The position numbers and the translations under genes were made by a program. Source: Lama glama (Eukaryota). Taken from it: DNA of 64,000 nt. Shown here one piece after another: positions 53,596-64,000 of this stretch (position 1 is its first letter; every line of letters starts with the position of its first letter). The notes under the pieces are model-generated. The model was not told where the DNA came from and made no database searches. It saw only the letters and a list, made by a program, of their open reading frames with translations. The stretch spans positions 19,532,001-19,596,000 of the forward strand of contig CM052818.1 of NCBI GenBank assembly GCA_028534125.1, read 5' to 3'.

Positions 53596-56156
53596 GGCCT
53601 GCTACGTTGTATATTTTTACTATTTTCAAGTTTATAAAGGACTTTGGTATCTAAATAAGCCCGCAAATTCTCCAGCAAGGCAAATAATCACCCTGAGACA
53701 TCTTCTGAGTAAGTCCCAATTTTTACTGACCACAGGTAAAGAGAAAAATCAACACAGGTTCTGGTGGCCAGGGCCAGACAAGGGGAGACCCAGCTCGCAG
53801 CTGGCCTGTCCTGTTCTGCGCTGTGGGAATGGCCCTCTGCCTCGGCTCACCCCTCTGGGAAGCAGGACACTACACGGGGTTTCTCCCACCAGCCCAAGTA
53901 ATCCTGCCCAGGGCCCACACTGGCGCTGCCAGGTACTGCTGGGCTTTTCCGAGCCCCGTGAGAGGCCAACTTGAAAGATCTCTTTGTTCTGGCCTCTCGC
54001 GCTGACCTTTCTGAGCAAAGCTGCCACTTTTAACAACATCCAAACAGGGCCTCAAACCAACCCTGGCCCAGAATCAGGCTGCGTGTGGAGAAGCCAGGAA
54101 GCCATGGATGCCAACTCAAGTCAACGCTGGCTGGCCAGCAGCAGAGAGAAAGAGCTGAGCGTGCAGGGATGGGTGGAGGAGAGCCGCTCATCTCAGGGAG
54201 GCCTCCAGGTGGGCCCTGCAAGGAGGCCACAGGCTCCTCCGGGCCCCTGGTCAGCAGCAGGCAGCAGAGTGGATTTTTTAAAGCGCTTCATCTCATCCAG
54301 TCTTTGCAACTTCTAATGAGGGTGGTGAGACAAGCTTCGTATTCCCGGCTACGAGCATAGTGCTTGGAACACAGAAGGCACTCACAAAATTGCATGGAGT
54401 AAGTCAATTCTCACTTGCCAATGCGAAAATTAAAACATGCAGATGCCTGCCTTGTCAGGCCATCACTCACCCACGGGGAGAGGGGAGCTTATTGCAGGCC
54501 CCAAGGGCTTCAGATTTTACTCCCTTTTAACCAAAAAGACTCTCGAGAAAAGACAATGCATATTTTCCGAGCTGGCACAGTTACACCTTCTTTTCCTGGC
54601 CATTGGAACACCAGGACTCCACTGACTAAGTCTTTACAAAGTGCCTACTGTATACCGAACGCTGGCTGCTGTATACCAAATGTTGGGTTCTCAAGAATTA
54701 AGAGACTGAGTGGGTGAATGAATATCTCACTCGTGGCCCCACAAGTATGGAGTTCACAGTCTGAGAAATCAGCCACTCTCTTAATTTATTCAAGAGCTTA
54801 GCAAAATATCTTGCATACACTAGGTCCTCAACAAATTGCTGGGGCAGGGGATTTGGTTGGATTCGAAACAGAGAATGAGAAAACGCATGGAATTTATCAC
54901 TGAATAGAACCTAAACACTCTGCTATGACCCTGGCCAGAAGTCTGCATTTCAGGGCTGGCACTGCTAATTGTGTGCAAGAGGTTTCCGGTCAAAGACCCA
55001 GAAATGCACAGCCAGTTGGCAGATTCCAACAGCTGGAGGGCTGAATCGGGGGACAAGGTCAGGTGAAGTTCAAACGGTTATCAAGCTATTCCTCCTGCCT
55101 CAGATCCACATCATCAGTTTCAAAAACTAAAGCTCTCTTCTTCACTTCCAGCCCCAGAAAAAGGCAGTGACGCTTCCCTTGCAGGGCACTGAGGACGTCC
55201 AGGCAAGGGGAGCTTTCTACTGAGGTGAGGGATGGGCAGTGGGCACTAACAATAAGTAAAGGCTGTGCATTAAGAGAGGCTGGAAGGGTGTGCTCTCTCT
55301 GATGGACCTCAGGTCTCCCTGTGCCCAAAGCATAACACAGACCACCAGGAGGCTCTCCTGGGCTTTGCTGTTGGGTGATTCTGGTCCCTAAATGCCACTT
55401 AGAGCCATCTGTCTCTTGCTGTCCCCTAGAGATGCAGATACTGGGTGGATGCTGAGAATACAAAATTATTGCTGCTTGAACACATCCCTCATGGAGTCAT
55501 ACCCAACATTAGGCTGGGTTTTCCAAGATCCCTAAACACACACACACACAGCAGAAAGGGAGAGTGCTTTCATAAGGCTGCAGAACCTGCCAAGCCCTGG
55601 GGAACTCCCTCAGAAAACACACTTCCTTCTCTATTGTTTGGTTTTGGTATAATGAACACACATTGCTTGAGTAATTTTTAAGTTGTTTTTTTTTTTAAAG
55701 ACTGTGCATCAAACATACAGCCTACCTGGTTCAACACACATGGCCCAAGCTCACTCCCAGCCCAGAGCCAAGAATGGGCTCTGAAGGTCTAGGCAGAAGG
55801 AAGGGAAAAACCACCCCAAAGACAAACAGCCTCTTGGCCATTCTAGGGCAAGGAGCCAAGTCAGCTCACGTTTTTTTTCTTGGGAGATGCCCAGAGACTA
55901 GGTCCTAGTGAGATCAGGGAGCTCAACAGTTTCCCTGGCATTGCATCACCCCTGGCAACCCCTGCTGCCCCACCTCTAGAACTGCTTGGTGCAAAGGAGA
56001 ACCAAGCCTCCCCTACAGCCAGGAACCTGGGTCCAGTAGCCATGCCCCTTCCCCCTTCCCTCCCCCAAGAACAGAACGGTGCCAGTGCCTCCTCCCGGCA
56101 GCTGGGGCAGCTGGTATCGGCAGAACTGCCTGGGGCAAGCCTCCAATCAGAGTCCG

Positions 56157-56175
56157 TGGCTGCCCTCTGGTGGCA
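56157..56175 (-). promoter_or_regulatory. Candidate CTCF site
   Basis: Minus strand TGCCACCAGAGGGCAGCCA matches the core consensus CCASYAGRKGGCRS exactly; motif match only. Confidence 0.4.
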
Positions 56176-57243
56176 GTGAGGGGAAGCCGACCCCAGGTAT
56201 CCCCAGTCCCTGCCCTTTGGGAGGGGCTCCCAACTCCTGACTTTCAGGCCAGTGCTTTCAGTCCCACGTCAGTGAGGAACCCTGCCATCGGCCACAGTAC
56301 AAGGGGAAGGAGTCAGCGGCGGGGAATTAACTGCTGGATCAATAGGGCAAGGCCCTTGGAAAAAATTAGTGTCCCTCAGACACTGAATGAGTAAATGGGC
56401 GGCAGTGGTTTCAGACTCATCCAGCAGGAGGGAGGCCCAGGCAGGCCTCACTGAAACTCAGAATTAAAGAGGCAGCTCTGCCTGGAGGCCAAGCAAACAT
56501 CACCCATGTTGCAGAGTGGAGAACTCCACACCCTTTAAGCTATGTCTAATCCTTAACTGGAGGGACAAGCTGGACCCTGGGAGCTGAGCACCCCATTCCC
56601 AGCATGGGTTCCTCTGGCCCTTCTGGAGGCTGGGTCCACTCAGGCCCACAGGAGAATGAGCTCATTTTCTCAGATTCTGGCCCAGAAGCAGGTCTCACCA
56701 CCTCCTCCTGAGGCCCTAAGGAACCTCTTTTAACACCCAGCAGCGCCTCATACCCAGGGCTTCACTCCACCCTCAGGATGAACTGTCTCCTTGGAGTCCA
56801 CCCTGTCCCAGGCAGCACCCCACCTCTCTGCCTCCTTGTCCTCCAGCACAGCGCACTGTCTGATGTCAACATCTGGCTCCTACACTATAAGCTCCCCACT
56901 GGGATGTGAGCTCCGAAAGGGGGGTCTCACTCCGCTCTTGGAGGGATGGGACACTCAGGGGCCTCAGAAGCTAGTGGGGAAATGAATTGCTGTGCTCTTC
57001 TTAGAGGGTTTTTTTTTAAATTTTAGACCTCAGCCCCATTCCTCCTTCTAGGCCGTGACCTCTCTGAACACAGGGAAGGGTTTCTTCCTCTTCCCAAACA
57101 CCCCAAGAGCCCAGGCAAGTGGGGGTGAATTTAACTAGCAGGAAATGGCTCTAGAGCCCTTTAAAAGACTTTACAGAGCTGCCCTGGAGAAGGTGACCCG
57201 ATGTCAAGTGTCTGCATCCTGCCTCTCGCACCTTGGGCTAAGA

Positions 57244-57404
57244 CTGTGGTTCTCAAGTGGGGGCGATTTTGCCCCCTATCCCCACCCCAGGACATTGCTC
57301 AATGTCGGGAGACATTTTTGGTTGTCGCACTTGGGGGCAGGGGGATCTACTGGCATCTAGTAGGTGGAGGCTAGGGATGCTGTTAAAACCCACAACGTAC
57401 AGGA
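57244..57404 (+). mobile_element. MER20-like element
   Basis: gtggttctcaagtgggggcgattttgcccc...ggagacatttttggttgtc...tactggcatctagtaggtggaggctagggatgctg. Confidence 0.85.
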
Positions 57405-57620
57405 GCATGTAATGAGCATGGCCTTGGGCTTTAGGGTTGGACAGATCCAGCTCAGCACCAGGTCTGCTGGCACTATCACTATTAGTCTTGTGACCCTGGG
57501 TAAGTTACTTAACCTCTCCTTCAGTGAAATGGGAATACTGTTAGTTCCAGCTTCACAGGATTACACATAAAGGCATGAGCATTCTGTCTGACATATTCAA
57601 TAAATATTAGCTACTATTAA
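57405..57620 (+). mobile_element. MIR SINE
   Basis: tgtgaccctgggtaagttacttaacctctc...caataaatattagctactatta. Confidence 0.7.
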
Positions 57621-58031
57621 GAGGAAAGGTGTAAAGAAATTATTTAAAGCCCACCCGGGCACCCAGGGCTGCTTTATATATGTCACATTCCAGGGTCACC
57701 TTTGGGCTGGACAGGAAAGCGGGAGAGGGGCTGAGTTGCTGCCACATGTCCCAGGAACTGCTCCTCACATTAAGGCTCTCAAATGTTTGGGCTGTTTGCT
57801 GGGAAAGAAATGATGATCCAATTTCCATTCCTCTTTATTTGGGGAGCTGGGGGAGGTAGTCAGCATCCTAGCTTTAGGGACCAAAATTTGTGCTTCAGGA
57901 GGACAAGAGGACAAAGGGAGGGGAACAAAGTGATGGAACAGAAAAGTAACTGAAGTTACTGGGGCTTTCCTGGAGGGGTGATGGTCGGTTAGTGCCTCCG
58001 CCCGTGATCGGCACCAGCAGTACATATATGG

Positions 58032-58064
58032 GCACGCGCGCGCGCACACACACACACACACACA
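58032..58064. repeat. (CG)n(CA)n compound microsatellite
   Basis: gcacgcgcgcgcgcacacacacacacacacaca, directly visible. Confidence 0.95.
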
Positions 58065-58765
58065 GCCTGAGTGTGCAGAACAACGGCAGGGGAGGAAGCA
58101 GGCTCACTTTGGGGAGGGGCAGGACTGGTTCCAGGAAGAGGAGTCACCCTCTGAGAATGTGACTCAGGGTCCCAGAAAAGCAAGGAGAGCCTGACTCAGG
58201 GCACCAAGGATCAGCCCCATCACCGGGACCCTGTCCTCCCACCCACCCTATAGATGCCCAAGCTGCCCTCAATACCCCCTAAACCGCCCTCAATACCCCA
58301 CTACAATCTGAAGCTGGAATCTCAGTGGGGGAGGTCGGGCAAGTTACTCAACCTTTCTGAGCCCAGTCCCCTCACAAGTGCACTGGGGTCGCACGACCTC
58401 CTTTGCAGAGTATTGGACACGGAGCACATGGTCCAGCCTGGCACACAGCAGGCATTTGATAACTGCTGGCTCTCTCCTTCCTTCCCTCCTGGCTGTCTTT
58501 GCAGTTCTCCTTAACCTCATCACACCTGCAGAGAAGTCAGTGTTGGGAAGGGAGCAGGTGGCCCTCAGGGGTGAAGATGGGGGGACCTCAGCCGAGAGGG
58601 AGTTAACAGCAATACCTCCCATGCTCTGAATTCAGTCCTCAAGCATCTTTTCATTCCCTCCCTCCCTTTGGACCCTCACACCCTGGGATGCGAGACACAC
58701 AGATGCCTCCTGTTGGAGGCGGGGCAGGGATGGGGTGAGGGGTGGAAGTGGGGGATACAGGAGAG

Positions 58766-58925
58766 CAGGTGTCAACAAACTCTTTTCTGTAAAGGGCCAG
58801 GGAGTAAATATTTTAGCATTAGCTATCTGGTCTCAATCACAACTACTCAGCTCTGTGGGTGAGCTAATATGTAAATGAATGGGTGTAGCTATGTGATAAT
58901 AAAACTTTATTTGCAAAAACAGGGC
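58766..58925 (+). mobile_element. MER58A-like fragment
   Basis: caggtgtcaacaaactcttttctgtaaagggccag...aataaaactttatttgcaaaaacagg. Confidence 0.8.
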
Positions 58926-60429
58926 AACAACAGTCCACAGCTAGAGAGAGGCAGCCAGGAGGCAGCTGCCTTGGTAGTGAAAACAGGAACCAACCCTTTA
59001 GGCCACCATCTCACTGAAACTGAAGTTCAGTAACCAAAAAAGACCAAAACAGCAGATGGTGGAGCTAAAGCAGAGGCAGCGTGCTGCCCAGTGTCCCAGT
59101 GACTCCCCCCACCATCCCCTGGCCCCACCTCCCTGGACACAGAGCACCAGGGCTCTTGGGCCAGCCCCATTTTGGGGAAGTAAACCACCTCTGCTCTCTG
59201 GGCCTCCCAATCCTCATGTCCCAAAGGAGGACACCACTGCCTCCCTGGCCTAGCACTGGAGAAATTTTTTTTAAGTGTAAATTTCAAGCTTGAGCCAGCA
59301 GCTCATCCAGCTGTGGAATGCTCCCCTCCACCCCAAAAAGATAATAATGCCTTTGATTTTCTAAGTACCTATGATGAATCAGGTGCTCTGGTGGGTGTTC
59401 AGAAATGAGGAAAGAGCAGGGAGGGAGCCTGTTTCCCAGCTGAGACCCTTCTACCTGTTCTTACCATTTGCAGGCAGCACCCCCACCTCCTGTAACATAG
59501 GGGCAGAGTGGAAAGAGGAGAGAAGGAGGGCAAGGAAAGAGGAGAGAAGGACCCTCCTCCAGGCCAGGGTCCAGCTGGGGCAGGACTGCCTCCCCCCAGG
59601 CCCACGCCCACCTACAGCCACCTCAGCCACCTCTGCCTCCCGGGAGCAGCCTCACCATGGCCTACTCCCCATTCTGGGCTAGGGACTCTACTTCCTTCTC
59701 TTCCAGGCATTGAGGACTGAAGCACAGGGGCTTCCCACACTCTGAAAGGGATGTAGCTCTGATGGGACGGGGATACCTGCTGGATGGAAAAGCTGCCCAG
59801 GCCAGAGCTGCTCCCCTGGGAGTCCGAGAACATTGGTTCCTGAAGAGTGGTGCCCCAGAGGTGCACCCCAAACAAGGGCTCCATGTCAAACTAAGTTGAA
59901 AACTTTACATGCCTTTGCCTCCTCCTGAAAATTTACTGCCTGCAATCATGCCCCTTGGAGTTTCTGTTCTAAAGGGTCTGGAAAGTCTTTAACCCACTGT
60001 TTCCCACACGTACCTGGCCTTGACCCTTCTGAAGATCCTCAACCTAGAATCCTCAGCCTTATCCTACCTCTTCTGCCCCATCCAAACTCCTCCTGTCTCT
60101 AGGAATCTCCCCTCCCTCAGGGCCCACCTCAAGGATGACCGTCCCAGCCGCAAAGCCCACCAAGCCCTAAGCCCACCTGTAGGCATGGGCTCGGCCACCT
60201 TCCCCTGGAGCCCACGGGGAGCAATTTCATGGGGAAGAGAGATGAGCAGGAACAGAAGGAGGCTCACAGCCAAGTCCTGAGTAGAAAAAGGAGGCTACAG
60301 AGCCCCAGGGCCATAAGATACTATGTTTGCTGTGGTTTAAAACAGAAAAGAAGAAATACACCTGCATATTTGTACTTAAAAAAACATGAAAGACATACAT
60401 CAAAATGTTAATCGTGATTATCTAGAGTG

Positions 60430-60624
60430 CAGGGACAGCACGTTTTGTATGTAAAGGGCCAGACAGTGAACATCTTAGGCTTGGAGTCATGTAACTCTGC
60501 AGCTGTTGCTTTAAAGCACCCATAGATATAGATGATACCTAAATGAATGGGCAAGCTGTGTTCCAATAAAACTTAATTTACATACCAGGCTGCTGGCCAG
60601 AAGGTCACAATTTGCCAGTCCCTG
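60430..60624 (+). mobile_element. MER58A-like element within an old L1ME fragment
   Basis: gtaaagggccagacagtgaacatcttaggc...ctgtgttccaataaaact...tttgccagtccctg; flanked by atctagag / atctaaag. Confidence 0.75.
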
Positions 60625-60789
60625 ATCTAAAGACTGAATGTGATTTTTAATTTCCCCTTTTTATATTTTTATGTATTTTCTGTATTTGCCACTATAAACA
60701 TTATTATTACTTATATAAACTAGGAAGGCGGGAGTGATAAATCATGCATTTTTAAAGGTGCAAACAATTCTTAAAACATAAAAATCCAA

Positions 60790-62690
60790 AGAATGTCACT
60801 CTTAAGAAAAATGCAAATTTAAAATGATGCTGAGATAGCATATTTCACAAATCAAGATTGATAAAACATCAAAACACTTACACTATGAAACATTCTCTGA
60901 TATAAACCGTAGCAATGTTCTCCTAGGTCAGTCTCCCAAGGCAATAGAAATAAAAACAAAAATAAACAAATGGGACCTAATAAAACTTACAAGCTTTTGC
61001 ACCGCAAAGAAAACCATAAACAAAACAAAAAGACTACCTATGAGAACCTAGGAGAAAATATTTGCAAATGATGCAACTGACAAGGGCTTAATCTCCAGAA
61101 TATACAAACAGCTCATACAACTCAGTAACAAAAAAAACAACCCAATACAAAAATGCGCAGAAGACCTAAATAGACATTTCTCCAAAGAAGACATACAGAT
61201 GGCCAACAGACACATGAAAAAATGTTCAATATTGCTAATTATTAGAAAAATGCATATCAAAACTACAATGTGGTACCACTTCATACTGGTCAGAATGGCC
61301 ATCATTAAAAAGTCCACAAACAACAAATGCTAGAGAGGGTGTGGAGAAAAGGGAATCCTCCTACACTGTTGGTGGGAATGTAATTTGGTGCAGCCACTAA
61401 GGAAAATAGTATGGAGATTCCTTAAAAAACTGAAAATGGAGTTCCCATATGATCCAGCAATTGCAACTCTGGGCATATATATGGAGAAAACTCTAATTTG
61501 AAAAGATAAATGAACCCCAATGTTGGCAGCAGCACTATTTACAATAGCCAAGACATGGAAGCAAACTAAAATGTCCACTGACAGATGACTGGATGAAGAT
61601 GATGTGGTATATATAAAGAATGGAATACTACTCAGCCATAAAAAAGAATGAAACAATGCCATTTGCAACAACATGGATGGACCTAGAGATTATCATACTA
61701 AATGAAGTCAAAGACAAATATTATATGGTATCACTTACATGTGGAATCTAAAAAATGATACAAATGCACCTATTTACAAAACAGAAAGAGATTCACAGAC
61801 ATAGAAAACAAACTTAACAGTTATCAAAGGGGGAAGAGGGGGACTAGGAGTTTTGAGTTTTGGGATTAGCAGATACAAACTACTATATATAAAATAAACA
61901 AGGTCCTATTGTATAGCACAGGGAACTATATTCAATAGCTTATAGCAACTTATAATGAAAAAGAATATATGTATGTATAACTGAATCACTATGCTGTACA
62001 CCATGAACACAATATTGTAATCAATTATACTTCAATTTTTTAAAAACACTTGCACTATGTTATGACCGTTTATGAAGCAGAATTTCTCACACATCTCAGT
62101 GGCACTGAAACAACCCCTACAAGGTCCAAGTTGGCAATCTACCCAAATGACCAATGCTCATACCTTTTGACCCAGAACTTTCCTGACTAGGAACTCACCC
62201 TACAGACAGATTCCCACTGAAATAACACACAGGTATGACTCTGTTCTGGACTGTGGCATATGCTGAAAAGAGCCCAAGTCTGGAAGTGACCTATCTGTTT
62301 CTCGGTTGGGAACTGCGTAAACAAACTATAGGACACCTGTCCTACAGGATACTACAAATATCACGTCGCAGTGCAAAGAAAAGGTAGCTCTGATGTAGAA
62401 CAATCTCCAAGAGATATATTTTAAAAGAAAAAAGGCTAAAGGGAGAACATGCATTTTAAAAAAGGAAGAATACATGCACATAATTGCATGTATATGCTGC
62501 TAATTATCTTGAAATGATATAGGAGACTAGGAATATTGACTACAGAGGAGCCAGGAGGCAGGGGATGGAGGTGGAAATTTTTACTGTCTATTCTTTTGTA
62601 CCTTTTAAATTCAGTATAATGTGCTGAAATCATCTATTTCAAAAAATGTCAAATTAAAAGAATAAAGTGAAATTTAACAAAATAAATCAC
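60790..62690 (+). mobile_element. Old L1M(E)-type fragment interrupted by the younger L1
   Basis: Degenerate L1 motifs on both sides of the insertion (aatgcaaatttaaaatgatgctgagatagcatatttcac...; catacctttTgacccagaactttcctgactaggaa...). Confidence 0.65.
60888..62042 (+). mobile_element. 5'-truncated LINE-1 (ORF2 C-terminal remnant + 3' UTR), cetartiodactyl-type
   Basis: Encodes the L1 ORF2-like peptide IKTKINKWDLIKLTSFCTAKK and a disrupted CWRGCGEK motif. Typical 3' UTR (gggattagcagatacaaactactatatataaaa...). Flanked by TSD AAAACACTT(A/G)CACTATG at 60871-60887 and 62043-62059. Confidence 0.93.
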
Positions 62691-63768
62691 ACCAAAAATC
62701 AAATATGGGCTTCAAGGGATGCTAGCCAATCAGAGCAAAGAAAGCTCTGTGATCCTGACCCTCAGTTTCCTCACCTGCTAGGAGGAGGTAACACCTGTGT
62801 GGCTGACCCACCTCCACCTGGGAGGGAGGTGGGGTGTATGCCGAGCCTCCATGGTGACTGGCTGCACTCGGCACAAGTGAGTCCCTCCGCTTGCCCAGAT
62901 GGCCTCAAGGCCCCAGCCTATGGTGACTGCAGAAGGTGCTAACGATGCTGAGGAGGGGGCAATGGGGAAGGGCAGCCCTAGTTGCTAGTCTCTGGACCGG
63001 TGGAGGCACTGAGCTCTGCAGAACCGCAGACGAGCCACAGCTGTCAGCAACACGCTCTCTTGGCCATTCTCCCTCCCTCTCCTCCACCACCAGGCAATGC
63101 ACCCCATGAAACATGACACTAAGCCTGGCACCCACACCAGGTGGAAGCATCTACTGCCCTCTTCATGGAGGGAGGGCACCCTACATAACCCCAAGGAGCG
63201 AAAGACTAAGAAGAGTCCTGGGCACCATGGTTCATGGGCCCAGGGCCCTCCAGCCAACACACAGGAGAATGAGCTTCCTCCACCTCACCAGCAGGGCAGT
63301 TGCACCACTAAAATGATTCCAGGCCTTTATTTTCACACTTACTTCCACTCACATCTCACAGCCCCTTGAAAGCTGGCATAAGCAGGAATCACCTTTCCCA
63401 TTACATTTTAAAGAGAACAAGGCCCAGAGAAGTGAAATGACTTTAGCCGACACCTCAGGCGACAGTGGCCACTACCAGATCGTCCAGCTCTCTGTCCCTC
63501 ACTCTTCCCACACTGTCGTCGGGCTCCCAGAACTCTGTCTTCTGAAGACAATCACCCCAACACGCGCAGGATTTACTGCTTCAGCAGCTTCCTGAAACGG
63601 GGCCCTTCCCACGAGCTCAGTGTGACAGGCCAGTCCCCTCAGTCCTCCCGAGAGCGCCCGCACCCACATGGGCCAAAGGAGAGGGAGGCAACACTTAGCG
63701 CCACCAACGTCAGCAGCACCAGAGCCCCAGATAAACATCCAGGTCCCGCCCAGCTGCCGGCCACCTAC

Positions 63769-63884
63769 CCCTTCTTCAGGTTTGTCACATAAGCGCTCTG
63801 GAGGGCGGCTTCCAGGAAGTAGGTGAGCTCATAGTCCACTGGGTGGGAGCCTTTCAGGTGCCGGGATGTGATGTTACTTGTGAT
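63769..63884 (-). CDS. TTC7A: TTC7A exon 5 (116 nt): [38 protein letters not shown](G)
   Basis: Acceptor cttcccag|ATC, donor AAG GG|gtaggt; peptide visible in ORF 63765..63992. Confidence 0.96.
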
Positions 63885-64000
63885 CTGGGAAGCGGAACAG
63901 AGAGAGCCACTGTCTAGAAGTTCTGAGGCCAAGGGGCCGGGGTCAGCCCAGGCAGGGACAGTGGCCCCATCATCACCCAAGTCCTCAGACACCTCAGGAG

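Noticed and set aside
61048..61674. Two hydrophobic minus-strand ORFs ([14 protein letters not shown]...; [18 protein letters not shown]...)
   Set aside because: Classic antisense translations of LINE-1 ORF2, not membrane-protein genes.

Overview
Mammalian genomic DNA containing the middle of one protein-coding gene, TTC7A (TPR-repeat scaffold of the PI4KA complex), on the minus strand. I delimited 14 consecutive coding exons (exons 5-18 in human numbering). All have canonical AG/GT boundaries and compatible phases, and they join into a 1504-nt uninterrupted reading frame from [12 protein letters not shown]... to ...EQIWLQA. Exons 1-4 lie beyond the right edge and exons 19-20 beyond the left edge. 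The remainder is intron with mammalian repeats: MIR, L2, old L1M fragments, MER5/MER20/MER58/MER113/MER119-type DNA transposon fossils, and a 5'-truncated younger L1 with a visible 17-bp target-site duplication. The L1 3' ends resemble cetartiodactyl, probably camelid, elements, and I saw no Alu, Bov-tA, PRE-1 or Can-SINE. Almost all ORFs in the supplied track are spurious. I found no prokaryote-type or clearly novel multi-gene system. The most notable observations are a degenerate tandem duplicate of exon 12 with an intact acceptor about 1 kb upstream of the real exon, an open 72-nt cassette-exon homologue in intron 16 that lacks its donor, a ~150-bp direct repeat bracketing an AT-rich element with a homeodomain-type palindrome, and a possible fossil hAT transposase fragment. 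Gene identity, exon numbering and repeat family names come from memory rather than database searches, and repeat coordinates are approximate.
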